From the NCBI GenBank assembly GCA_965277285.1, contig OZ255721.1:1536001-1600000 (forward strand): a stretch of 64,000 bases of DNA, written 5' to 3'. The notes under the pieces are model-generated. The model saw nothing but the letters and a program-made list of their open reading frames with translations, did not search any database and had not been told where the DNA came from. Position 1 is the stretch's first letter; each line of letters opens with the position of its first letter. Origin of the DNA: Abditibacteriaceae bacterium (GTDB lineage Bacteria; Armatimonadota; Abditibacteriia; Abditibacteriales; Abditibacteriaceae). This document shows, one piece after another, positions 47,954 through 57,387 of the stretch. The translations under genes and the position numbers were made by a program.

Positions 47954-49765
47954 TTACGCGAGTTTTGGCGGAGTCCAATTGCGCCAGCTTCCCAGTTCCG
48001 TAATGTCTTGCGCATCGCGCGTGGCAATCGCTTCGCAGACGAAACCTTGCACCGTCGTGCCGTCTTCCAATTGAACGGTTCCAATCCCCAAAGGCGCGGG
48101 AATGCCCGCCACAAAACTGCCGTAAGCCATGGTTGGAACGCTCCACACTTCCACTTCGATCGCAGCACCACCTTCGGGCACGCGCACTAAACCAGGACGA
48201 AATGGCGGGCCGCCCTTGAGCGCATAAAAACGATAAACCGGCGCCGTGCGCGTCTGGCTGACCAATTTCGCGCCGCGCTCCGTCAATTGCGTATTCAAAG
48301 GAAAACCGCTCATGTGCGCGCCGCAAACCGCCACCGAAATCGCACCTTTCCACGGCAAAATCGCAGATCGAGTACTCGAATCAAGTACGTCGCTTGTGAA
48401 AAACGCTGTCGCGCCCAGTGTGAAATTTTGCATCTTCTGCCAGCGCGTTCCGAAGCGCAAAAGCGGCACATCTTGATGCGCAGGCGCGAAAATCGTCACG
48501 CCAAAGGGCACGCCATTTTCGCCGAAACCGGCAGGCAAAGCGAGCGCGCTGTAATCGAGCAGATTCATAAAGTTGGTGTAATAACCAAGCTTGGTGTTGA
48601 GCTTGATCGGTTCGGCCTGCATTTCTTCAATCGTGTAAGCGCGCCCGATGGTCGGCGTTAAAATCGCGTCGACTTCCTTCCAGGCTGCGTCACATTTTCG
48701 TTTGAGAGCCGCAAGTTTTTCGATTGCGGCGAAAACGTCCACTGCCGAAAAGTTCTGTCCGCGACTGATAACCTCGCGCGTCACCGGCAACAAAGCTTCT
48801 GGCTGCGCTTGCAAAAGTTCCTGCACCACGCGAAAACGTTCCGCGACCCACGGGCCGTCATACAAAAACTGCGCGGCTTCTACAAACGGCGCGAAATCAA
48901 TTTCGACGATTTGAGCGCCAAGTTCTTTTGCTTGAACTTGCGCCTGCGCGAAACGCTGCGCTGAAATTTCATCGCCGAAGAATTGCAGGCTCGCTGCATC
49001 GGGAACGCCCAGTTTCCAATTGGGCAATGATGAAAAATCAAGGCCATTCGTTATGCTCGCGCGCGCATAAGAATCTTGCGCATCGAGTACTCGAATCACG
49101 TCGAAAACGGTTTCGGCATCGTGCGAAGTCAGCGCGAAAACCGAAACCGTATCGAGCGAACGACAGGCCGGAACGACGCCACGCATACTGACGACACCAC
49201 GCGTCGGCTTCAAACCAACGATGTTGTTGAGCGCAGCGGGCACGCGCCCCGAACCGGCGGTATCAGTTCCCAAAGCGAAACTGACAATGCCCGACGCGAC
49301 GGCAACCGCGGAACCGCTGCTCGAACCGCCCGCGATATAATCAGGATTAAGCGCGTTGTGGCAAACGCCATACGGCGAACGCGTGCCGTTCAAGCCGGTC
49401 GCAAATTGGTCGAGATTGGTTTTCCCGATCACAATCGCGCCGGCTTCGCGCAGCAAACGAACGGCTTCAGCGTCTTTGTCGGGATTGTAAGAATAAGCCG
49501 CGCATCCAGCAGTTGTCGGCAAACCCATTACGTCGATATTGTCTTTGACGGCGAACGGCACGCCATAAAGCGGCAGATCGGTTTTGCCTTCCAACGCTTG
49601 AACTTGCGACAAAATCATTTCGCGCGAAGCCAGACAAATCCACACGCCATCGGGAGCGTTTTGCGCGGCATCGAGTACTCGAAAGAGCAAATCTTCAGGC
49701 GTGAGAGTGCCATTTTTGTAAGCGTTTTGTAATGAAGCGATATTCAGCAGCGGCAAATTATTCAT
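47954..49765 (-). CDS. atzF: Allophanate hydrolase
   Basis: Amidase signature GGSSSGS, GTDTAGSGRVPA, KTNLDQFATGL; C-terminal VCGAHMSG domain. Confidence 0.96.
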   Translation of the reverse strand: MNNLPLLNIASLQNAYKNGTLTPEDLLFRVLDAAQNAPDGVWICLASREMILSQVQALEGKTDLPLYGVPFAVKDNIDVMGLPTTAGCAAYSYNPDKDAEAVRLLREAGAIVIGKTNLDQFATGLNGTRSPYGVCHNALNPDYIAGGSSSGSAVAVASGIVSFALGTDTAGSGRVPAALNNIVGLKPTRGVVSMRGVVPACRSLDTVSVFALTSHDAETVFDVIRVLDAQDSYARASITNGLDFSSLPNWKLGVPDAASLQFFGDEISAQRFAQAQVQAKELGAQIVEIDFAPFVEAAQFLYDGPWVAERFRVVQELLQAQPEALLPVTREVISRGQNFSAVDVFAAIEKLAALKRKCDAAWKEVDAILTPTIGRAYTIEEMQAEPIKLNTKLGYYTNFMNLLDYSALALPAGFGENGVPFGVTIFAPAHQDVPLLRFGTRWQKMQNFTLGATAFFTSDVLDSSTRSAILPWKGAISVAVCGAHMSGFPLNTQLTERGAKLVSQTRTAPVYRFYALKGGPPFRPGLVRVPEGGAAIEVEVWSVPTMAYGSFVAGIPAPLGIGTVQLEDGTTVQGFVCEAIATRDAQDITELGSWRNWTPPKLA

Positions 49766-49774
49766 AGAGTGTTC

Positions 49775-49848
49775 CGTAGGGGCGAGGCGCTGCCTTGCCC
49801 GTTTGGTTGTGAAACGTAATCAGGGCGAGGCAGCGCCCCGCCCCTACG
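49775..49848. repeat. GTAG-type REP doublet supplying the carboxylase stop codon
   Basis: CGTAGGGGCGAGGCGCTGCCTTGCCC ... GGGCGAGGCAGCGCCCCGCCCCTACG. Confidence 0.85.
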
Positions 49849-52800
49849 CGGGTTGCACGACGGCCAATTGCTGACCTGTCGAAACCATTTGGCTTTCGCT
49901 GCAAGCCAGGCGATGTACAACGCCATCGCACGGCGACTGAAGCGCAAACTCGGTCTTCATAATTTCGATGATCAGCAAAACGTCGTCTTTGCGCACCTCG
50001 TCGCCTTCCTGGACATTGATTTTCCACACCACGCCCGAAGTCGGCGCGTTCACGGCTAAGGCACCCGGCGGCATTTCCACATCTTCGGGCGGCGCGGTGG
50101 AAGAATCGGCTTCGGACACGTACTCCGCTTGCCCATTGATGCGCCATTGTTCGCGCTCAGCCTCAAAGGCGGATTGCTGCGTCGCTTTGAACGCTGCAAT
50201 AGAATCAGCGTTCTGGGCCAGAAAATGATGATAATCGTTCAGCCGAAAAACGGTTTCTTCGACTTGCAAATTAAATCTTCCAGCGCGGAAATCTTCACGC
50301 ATTTCCAGCAATTCGTCGGCTGCGACCGGATAATAGCGGACTTGATCGAAGAAGCGTAACAGCCACGGCTTGCCGTCTTTGAAGTCTTGCGTGCTGCGAT
50401 ACGTGTTCCAGATCGGCAGCGTGCGCCCGACGAGCTGATAACCGCCTGGCCCTTCCAGACCGTAAATGCACATATAAGCGCCGCCGATGCCGACCGCACT
50501 TTGCGGCGTCCAGGTACGCGCCGGATTGTATTTGGTCGTCACCAAACGATGACGCGGATCGAGCGGCGTGGCAACGGGCGCGCCTAAATAAACATCACCT
50601 AAACCAAGAACGAGATAATTGGCATCGAAGACGATGCGACGCACTTCTTCGATGCTTTCCAGGCCGTTGATGCGACGAATAAATTCGATGTTGCGGGGGC
50701 ACCACGGCGCGTCGGCGCGCACCGATTGCTGATATTTTTGAATCGCCAAGCGAACGCTTGGGTCGTCCCACGACAGCGGCAAATGAACGATGCGCGTCGG
50801 TACTTCCAAGTCGTCCAGATTGGAAAGTTGGGTTTCGCCCTGGCGCAGCAAATCGAGAATCGTGGCGCGCGAAATTGTGCGCGTATCGAAGTGAATTTGC
50901 AGCGAACGAATGCCCGGCGTCAAATCGACGATGCCGGAAATCTTCTGCGCTTGCAGCCACGTCATCAGCGCGTGAACGCGAAAGCGCAAATCCAAATCGA
51001 GCACAACCGGCCCATATTCCACCAACACGTAACCATCGCCCGCCTGACGATAAACGACTTGAGGACTTTTTTGCGTCGCGTCGTGCGCTTCCAAAATCGC
51101 ATTCGCAGGCGCGACAGGAACCAACGGCGGCAATCGAGTACTCGATGAATTCAGTTGTGCGAACTGCGCGTCTTGCAGCATGCGGCGCTCGGCGGATTCC
51201 GCGACATCAATCGGCACGAAGCGAATGCGGTCGCCAGGTCGCAGTTGCCCGACTTTCCACAACTCGGCTTCGACCACAACAACGGGACACACGAAACCGC
51301 CCAGACTCGGCCCGTCGGGGCCAAGAATAACTGGCGTGTCGCCCGTAAAATCGACCGAACCAATCGCATACGCGTTGTCGTGAAGGTTCGACGGATGCAA
51401 ACCCGCTTCGCCGCCATCGGTTCGCGCCCAGACGGGTTTTGGCCCAACCAGACGAACGCCGGTGCGACTCGAGTTGTAATGCACTTCCCACGACGCCGTA
51501 AAAAACGTTTCGATGTCTTCCGGCGTGAAAAAATCGGGCGCGCCGTGCGGCCCATACAAAACGCCGATTTCCCATTCATGCGAATATTGCGGCACGATTT
51601 CCGGCGGCGCGTGGCGCTCTTCATCGAGTACTCGATTCTGTGAAGAAACCGGCAGCACATCGCCAACGCGAAGCGCGCGTCCCGCGTGTCCGCCAAAGTT
51701 TCCCAGCGAAAACGTTGAGCGGCTGCCCAGATATTGCGGCACTGCGATGCCACCCGCAACGGCTAAATAAGTTCGTGCGCCCGCGCCGCTAATGGCGCCC
51801 ATTTTGAGGCGGCTTCCGGCGGCAACGTGATGCGAACGCCACATTTTCAACGACTCGCCGTCCAGCGTCGCGTTCATGTCGGCGCCCGCCAAAGCGATAA
51901 TTGTCGCGTGGCGAAAAAGCAGCGTCGGACCGACCATCGCGCATTCCAGAGCGGCTTCGCCTTCCTCATTTCCGACCAGGCGATTCGCCAAACGCAGCGC
52001 GAAATCGTCCATCGGGCCGGACGGCGGCACGCCGACATCCCAATATCCCAAACGTCCCGGCCAGTCTTGCACCGTGGTTTGAACGCCCGCTTCAATGACT
52101 TCCAGCCCGCGCATCGCGTACTCGAAATGCGAAAGGTAGGAAGTCGTCTGGCGCCCTTTGCGGAACGTTTGGTCGGCGATAATCTGGCGTAGATATTCCA
52201 GATTGGTTTCGATGCCCGCGATTTTGGTTTCGGCCAACGCTTTTTGCAACGCCGCGACAGCGCCGTCGCGGTCGTCGGCCTTGACGATGATCTTGGCCAG
52301 CATCGGGTCATAAAATGGCGAGACTTCCGTGCCGCTTTCGACCCAGGTTTCGATACGCGCGTTTGGAGAAAATTCGACTTGCGTCAAAAGTCCCACACTG
52401 GGTTGGAAATCTTTGGCCGGGTCTTCGGCGTACAAACGAACTTGCATCGAATGGCCATGCAATTGAGGCGTTTCGCGTACTCGAAGTTCATCGGCGGCCA
52501 GGCGCACCATCCACTCGACCAAATCGACGCCAGTCACTTCTTCGGTGACGCCGTGCTCGACCTGCAAACGCGTGTTGACTTCTAAAAAATAAAACTCACC
52601 GGAATCGTCATCCAGCACAAACTCGACGGTTCCCGCGTTGCGATAATTGACAGCTTTGGCCAATCGTAAAGCTGCGTCGGTGATCTGGGCGCGCTGTTGC
52701 GGCGAAAAATGCGGCGCGGGCGTTTCTTCGATGACTTTCTGGTTGCGTCTCTGCACGCTGCAATCGCGCTCGCCCAGCGCGACGACATCGCCCCGACCGT

Positions 52801-53443
52801 CGCCGAAAACCTGCACTTCGATGTGGCGCGCGCGCGTCACGAAACGCTCGACGTACAGCCCGCCGTCGCTGAAATTGGCTTGCGCCATACGCGCGACAGT
52901 TTCGTAAGCTTCGCGCAACGCGGTTTCCGAATGCGCCAATCGCATCCCGATACCACCGCCGCCCGCCGTGCTTTTCAACATCACGGGATAACCGATGCGC
53001 GCGGCTTCTTCGACCGCATGTTCGACATCGCGCAGCAATCCCGAACCAGGCAAAATCGGCACGTTTTCGCGGATGGCAACGGCGCGCGCCGTGTGCTTGC
53101 GACCGAATTCGCGCATTTGCTCGGGCGTTGGGCCGATGAAAGCGATACCGGCATCTTCGCACGATTGCGCGAAAGCGGCGTTTTCACTCAAAAAACCGTA
53201 GCCTGGATGAACGGCCTGCGCGCCGCTGCTGCGAACTGCTGCGAGAATGCGCTCGACATCGAGGTAGCTGCCGGTCGCCGGGCCTTCGCCGATGAGAATG
53301 GCTTCGTCGGCCATGCGAACATGAAGCGAATCGTGATCGGCTTGCGAATAAACCGCAACCGAGCCGACGCCCATTTTGCGCAACGTGCGAATAATGCGGC
53401 AGGCGATGGCTCCGCGGTTGGCGATGAGAACTTTATTGAACAT
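49844..53443 (-). CDS. uca: Urea/guanidine carboxylase (biotin-dependent)
   Basis: Biotin carboxylase (IANRGAIACR, HPGYGFLSEN), carboxyltransferase (HPSNLHDNAYAIGSVDFTGD, TTKYNPARTWTP), BCCP (EIMK). Confidence 0.96.
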   Translation of the reverse strand: MFNKVLIANRGAIACRIIRTLRKMGVGSVAVYSQADHDSLHVRMADEAILIGEGPATGSYLDVERILAAVRSSGAQAVHPGYGFLSENAAFAQSCEDAGIAFIGPTPEQMREFGRKHTARAVAIRENVPILPGSGLLRDVEHAVEEAARIGYPVMLKSTAGGGGIGMRLAHSETALREAYETVARMAQANFSDGGLYVERFVTRARHIEVQVFGDGRGDVVALGERDCSVQRRNQKVIEETPAPHFSPQQRAQITDAALRLAKAVNYRNAGTVEFVLDDDSGEFYFLEVNTRLQVEHGVTEEVTGVDLVEWMVRLAADELRVRETPQLHGHSMQVRLYAEDPAKDFQPSVGLLTQVEFSPNARIETWVESGTEVSPFYDPMLAKIIVKADDRDGAVAALQKALAETKIAGIETNLEYLRQIIADQTFRKGRQTTSYLSHFEYAMRGLEVIEAGVQTTVQDWPGRLGYWDVGVPPSGPMDDFALRLANRLVGNEEGEAALECAMVGPTLLFRHATIIALAGADMNATLDGESLKMWRSHHVAAGSRLKMGAISGAGARTYLAVAGGIAVPQYLGSRSTFSLGNFGGHAGRALRVGDVLPVSSQNRVLDEERHAPPEIVPQYSHEWEIGVLYGPHGAPDFFTPEDIETFFTASWEVHYNSSRTGVRLVGPKPVWARTDGGEAGLHPSNLHDNAYAIGSVDFTGDTPVILGPDGPSLGGFVCPVVVVEAELWKVGQLRPGDRIRFVPIDVAESAERRMLQDAQFAQLNSSSTRLPPLVPVAPANAILEAHDATQKSPQVVYRQAGDGYVLVEYGPVVLDLDLRFRVHALMTWLQAQKISGIVDLTPGIRSLQIHFDTRTISRATILDLLRQGETQLSNLDDLEVPTRIVHLPLSWDDPSVRLAIQKYQQSVRADAPWCPRNIEFIRRINGLESIEEVRRIVFDANYLVLGLGDVYLGAPVATPLDPRHRLVTTKYNPARTWTPQSAVGIGGAYMCIYGLEGPGGYQLVGRTLPIWNTYRSTQDFKDGKPWLLRFFDQVRYYPVAADELLEMREDFRAGRFNLQVEETVFRLNDYHHFLAQNADSIAAFKATQQSAFEAEREQWRINGQAEYVSEADSSTAPPEDVEMPPGALAVNAPTSGVVWKINVQEGDEVRKDDVLLIIEIMKTEFALQSPCDGVVHRLACSESQMVSTGQQLAVVQPA

Positions 53444-53484
53444 GAAATCGTGATTTAATCGTGAAAATGCGCCTACCTGAAACC

Positions 53485-53560
53485 GTAGGGCGTCAGCTTG
53501 CTGCGCCCATTTATGAGCAACGAGTTCAACAGTGCGGGCGCAGCAAGCTGACGCCCCTAC
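53485..53560. repeat. GTAG-type REP doublet (family B)
   Basis: GTAGGGCGTCAGCTTGCTGCGCCC ... GGGCGCAGCAAGCTGACGCCCCTAC, near-identical to 30557-30632. Confidence 0.85.
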
Positions 53561-53582
53561 AGCACCACATCGAGTACTCGAA

Positions 53583-54227
53583 CTAACCCCAGATCAGCAA
53601 GCGAACCGGCGTCGGATTGTAAGCGTTGCAAGGATTGTTGAGTTGCGGGCAATCGCTGATGAGGACGACCACATCCATTTCGGCGCGCATTTCGACGTAT
53701 TTGCCGGGCGCGGAAATACCGTCCTCAAACTTCAGGCCACCTTCGGGCGTGACCGGAACGTTCATAAAAAAGTTGATATTCGCCGCGAAGTCGCGTTTGG
53801 TAATTGGTATATTGGGCGCGACATGCGCAATTTGATGCAAAAACGTGTCGCGGCAAGAGTGCATCGGGCGTTTGTCCAACGCATAACGAACCGTGTTGCT
53901 TTCCGCCGAACACGCGCCGCCCAACGTGTCATGGCGCCCGCATGTATCCGCCGTAATCGTCAGCATCACGTTGCCTTCATCGGAAAAAAGGCGCGAACCT
54001 GCCGTCAGATAAATGTTGCCGCCGCGCGTGATGGTTGTCGTCGCGCTGTAATGTTCCTGCGTGTCATGCGCGTTGTAGAACAACGTATCCACTGCTTGAT
54101 TGCCTTCCATATCTTCGATGCGCAGCGTTTGACCTTGGCGCACCATATGAAGCCAACCATCGCCTGGCTGACAGATTTCGTTATAAACCGCAATTGCGGG
54201 ATCAAGTGAACTTTCGAGAATGCTCAT
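53583..54227 (-). CDS. Urea carboxylase-associated DUF1989 protein (carboxyguanidine deiminase subunit)
   Basis: [44 protein letters not shown]. Confidence 0.93.
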   Translation of the reverse strand: MSILESSLDPAIAVYNEICQPGDGWLHMVRQGQTLRIEDMEGNQAVDTLFYNAHDTQEHYSATTTITRGGNIYLTAGSRLFSDEGNVMLTITADTCGRHDTLGGACSAESNTVRYALDKRPMHSCRDTFLHQIAHVAPNIPITKRDFAANINFFMNVPVTPEGGLKFEDGISAPGKYVEMRAEMDVVVLISDCPQLNNPCNAYNPTPVRLLIWG

Positions 54228-54236
54228 GGTATTTTC

Positions 54237-54302
54237 ACGAACCCGAAGCGTCAGCGAGGGAGACAGTTTGCGTAATCTCCCTCGCTCACGCTTCGGGTTC
54301 GT
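54237..54302. repeat. REP-like family A inverted pair
   Basis: ACGAACCCGAAGCGTCAGCGAGGGAGA ... TCTCCCTCGCTCACGCTTCGGGTTCGT. Confidence 0.88.
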
Positions 54303-54308
54303 TGGTTT

Positions 54309-55034
54309 TCAGCGTGCGTAAAGGCGCTCGGTGTTGATGAAGGCGCGTTCGTTTTGCGGACAATGCGTGCGGCAAATGTCGTCTGCTTCAACCGCTGCAT
54401 CGCGCAGCGCAGTGAGTTGAACCGTCGATGTCGAGTACTCGATTCGCGTATCAAGCGGATGCGGAGCCGTTGACATCGCCACAATGACATCCATTTCAAA
54501 GCGCAAAACTACAGAACTGTTCGGCTGGCTGTGACCTTCATGAAACGTCAAAGCGCCGCTGTCTTCCACAGTGACTTTGCTGAACAGATTCAGTGTCGCG
54601 CCAAAATCGCGCTTGCCCAAACCCCATTTTCCCAGTTCGATCAACAATCCATCGCGCCCGTTGCGAAACATGTCGTTGCGCGCCTGCGCATAAGTTCGTT
54701 CGCCATATTTGTCGCGGATGTTTTGTGCGTCCGATGCGCCGCAAATGGTGTCGTTCCAGCCGGTCGTGTCGTCGATAATGGAACAAAGCACACGTCCCAT
54801 GTCGGAATAACATACGTTGCCAGCGGTGAGAAATGCCGTGTGCTGACCTTTCAAAGTGTCCGGCATATTGTAGCGCTCCAGCTTTTCTTCGCGGTTAAAC
54901 AGCAGCAGCGAAGCGTTGGCGCCGCCTTCGAGATCGAGTACTCGAAGCGCTGTACCACGTCGCAAAATGCCCGACCAATGGCAGCCGCCGGGAACCGTTT
55001 CTTGCCACAAAATGGCGTCAGAATCAATTTTCAT
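54309..55034 (-). CDS. Urea carboxylase-associated DUF1989 protein (carboxyguanidine deiminase subunit)
   Basis: DLEGGAN, ERYNMPDTLK, YSDMGRVLCSI, ELGKWGLGKRD, PHPLD. Confidence 0.92.
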   Translation of the reverse strand: MKIDSDAILWQETVPGGCHWSGILRRGTALRVLDLEGGANASLLLFNREEKLERYNMPDTLKGQHTAFLTAGNVCYSDMGRVLCSIIDDTTGWNDTICGASDAQNIRDKYGERTYAQARNDMFRNGRDGLLIELGKWGLGKRDFGATLNLFSKVTVEDSGALTFHEGHSQPNSSVVLRFEMDVIVAMSTAPHPLDTRIEYSTSTVQLTALRDAAVEADDICRTHCPQNERAFINTERLYAR

Positions 55035-55096
55035 AAAACCTTTCAAGCACGGAAACAAGTCTCCGCCGTGTTATTGTTCGGTAATCGAGTACTCGA

Positions 55097-55175
55097 TTCC
55101 ACGAACCTCAAGCGTCAGCGCGGGGCTTACGTAGTAGTTATCTCAGCCCCGTGCTGACGCTTGAGGTTCGTGGAA
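55097..55175. repeat. REP-like family A inverted pair
   Basis: TTCCACGAACCTCAAGCGTCAGCGCGGGGCT ... AGCCCCGTGCTGACGCTTGAGGTTCGTGGAA. Confidence 0.85.
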
Positions 55176-55222
55176 CTGCTGATGCAAAGGTCTGAACTCA
55201 CTTCTTCGTTCGTCAGGGTTTC

Positions 55223-56035
55223 TTATCCTTCTCTCACGTCGGCGGAGGCGAGTTCGGCTTCGACGACGGCGCGGCCTTCCTCGTGCAGCAAGTGATGAAC
55301 TTGTTTGCGCAGTTCAAAGTATTCGGGCGAGTCGCGCGTGCTGTCGTCGCGCTCGTCGCCAAAGGGCACTGTAAGTTCGGCTTTGAAGCGTCCTGGGCGC
55401 GCCGTCATCACGAAAATGCGGTCGCTGAGATAAACCGCTTCATCGATGTCGTGCGTGATAAACAGCGTCGTCGTGTGCTCTTTGCGGCGGATTTCGAGTA
55501 CTAAATCTTGCATCACGGCGCGCGTTTGCGCATCGAGCGCGCCAAACGGTTCGTCCATCAACAAAATGCGCGGGTTGTTCGCCAGAGCGCGCGCAATCGC
55601 CACGCGCTGACGCATTCCGCCCGACAATTGCTTGGGATAATGATCCTTGAAGCCGTGCAGATTAACGGCATCCAAAAAATAATTGGCGCGCTCACTTTGT
55701 TCCAGCGGCGCTAATTTCTTCATGCGCGGCCCAAACATCACATTTTGCTTGACGGTCAACCACGGAAACAAGGTGTAGCCTTGAAAAACCATGCCACGTT
55801 CCGGCCCCGCTTCATAGAACGGCACGCCATCCAGAAACATTTCGCCCGCTGTCGGTTCAATTAGTCCGCCGACCATATGCAGCAAGGTCGATTTGCCGCA
55901 GCCGCTCGGCCCGACAATCGAGACGAACTCCGACACTTCCATCGAAAATGAAGTCGACGACAGTGCCAAAACCGGCTGACCTTTGGCTGCATACTCTTTG
56001 CTGAGGCCATTCACTTGTAGAATCGGTTGAGTCAT
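55223..56035 (-). CDS. ABC transporter ATP-binding protein (nitrate/sulfonate-type)
   Basis: GPSGCGKS, LSGGMRQR, LLMDEPFGALD. Confidence 0.96.
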   Translation of the reverse strand: MTQPILQVNGLSKEYAAKGQPVLALSSTSFSMEVSEFVSIVGPSGCGKSTLLHMVGGLIEPTAGEMFLDGVPFYEAGPERGMVFQGYTLFPWLTVKQNVMFGPRMKKLAPLEQSERANYFLDAVNLHGFKDHYPKQLSGGMRQRVAIARALANNPRILLMDEPFGALDAQTRAVMQDLVLEIRRKEHTTTLFITHDIDEAVYLSDRIFVMTARPGRFKAELTVPFGDERDDSTRDSPEYFELRKQVHHLLHEEGRAVVEAELASADVREG

Positions 56036-56106
56036 AAAAGAAGAATCGAGTACTCGAACTGTCTGGACAGTTACCTGGAACTAAATGCGAAGTGCGAAAG
56101 TGGGAC

Positions 56107-56176
56107 TTTGTCATTCTGAGCGCAGCGAAGAATCTGACGCAGGGTTTAGATTCTTCGCTGCGCTCAGAATGACAAA
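56107..56176. repeat. REP-like family C inverted pair
   Basis: TTTGTCATTCTGAGCGCAGCGAAGAATCT-N12-AGATTCTTCGCTGCGCTCAGAATGACAAA. Confidence 0.92.
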
Positions 56177-56218
56177 CTGGAATGTTCGAGCACCAGACGC
56201 ATTTTCGGAAAGACTGTA

Positions 56219-57094
56219 TTAGCGGTTTGCTTCCGTCCACGGCAGAAGGCGCGGTTGCAGGAACTTGAAAATCATGTCGTTGGCCAAGCCCAGGAAACCC
56301 AGCATAAAAATGCTGACGAACATTTCATCGACGCGCAAATAGCGGCGCGCCTGCACCAATCGAAAGCCCAAACCCGATGTGGTGGCGACGACTTCGGCGA
56401 TGACTAAATACGTCCATGCCCAGCCGATCATGGTGCGGCAGGTTTCCATCAGGCCGGGCAAGGTCGCGGGCAGCAGAACGTTGAACAACAATTGCGACGG
56501 TTTGGCGCCCAATGTTCGCGCAGCCGACAACAAATCGCGCGGCACCTGGCGTGTCACATCAGCGACGATGATGACCATCTGGAAATAAGTGCCGATAAAA
56601 ATCAGCAGAATTTTGGCGGCTTCGTCAATGCCCGCCACAACCATCACGAGCGGCAAAAGCGCGGGCACGGGAATGTAGCGAATGAAGCCGACCAAAGGTT
56701 CCTGCGCCGCTTCGACGCCCTTGTAAGAACCGATGAGAATGCCCAGAGGAATCGCCAGCGCAGCCGACAAGCCGAAACCCGCCATGATGCGAAACACGCT
56801 GATCCAGGTGTCGTGCCACAAATCGCCTTCAGAGAACAAGCGTTTCGCTGCCAGCACAACCGCGCCTGGCGACGGCAAAATCAGCGGCGTGATGAAAGGC
56901 TGACCGTCGGCGCGATGTCCGTAAGTGGCGAGGCACCAGAGCGCGAAAGGAAGCAGAAACGACAACGCCGCGATCACCGAATAAGCGCGCGGCGAAATCT
57001 GTTCGCCAATGCGGAACCAGGAACGTCGGCGACGCGGACGAACCGGCGCGCTCGCATTGACGGGCGTTGTCGCTGTGGAAAGTGTGTCTTGCAT
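56219..57094 (-). CDS. ABC transporter permease
   Basis: LPSP, RYIPVPA, AARTLGA (EAA-loop), WTYLVIAE. Confidence 0.95.
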   Translation of the reverse strand: MQDTLSTATTPVNASAPVRPRRRRSWFRIGEQISPRAYSVIAALSFLLPFALWCLATYGHRADGQPFITPLILPSPGAVVLAAKRLFSEGDLWHDTWISVFRIMAGFGLSAALAIPLGILIGSYKGVEAAQEPLVGFIRYIPVPALLPLVMVVAGIDEAAKILLIFIGTYFQMVIIVADVTRQVPRDLLSAARTLGAKPSQLLFNVLLPATLPGLMETCRTMIGWAWTYLVIAEVVATTSGLGFRLVQARRYLRVDEMFVSIFMLGFLGLANDMIFKFLQPRLLPWTEANR

Positions 57095-57225
57095 AAGTCT
57101 CCTGCTGTGAGGCGCTGAGAACGACTATCGAGTACTCGATAAATTATGTAGAGGGCGCACGTCATGCGCCCTCTGGAACCTTGAGAGGTTTATAGAAAGT
57201 GAGCAAAACGCGAAGAAAGTAAGAC

Positions 57226-57295
57226 TTTGTCATTCTGAGCGCAGCGAAGAATCTCTATGTGAAGTCAGATTCTTCGCTGCGCTCAGAATGACAAA
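57226..57295. repeat. REP-like family C inverted pair inside a degenerate family B pair (57148-57381)
   Basis: 29-bp arms identical to 56107-56176, different 12-bp loop. Confidence 0.92.
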
Positions 57296-57387
57296 CTGTA
57301 GTTTCGAACGTTTTCTGCACCTGTTCCGACTTTCTATGGAACCTCTGCAGGATGCCGGAGTACGCGCACCATCGCCTCTACAAAAAT

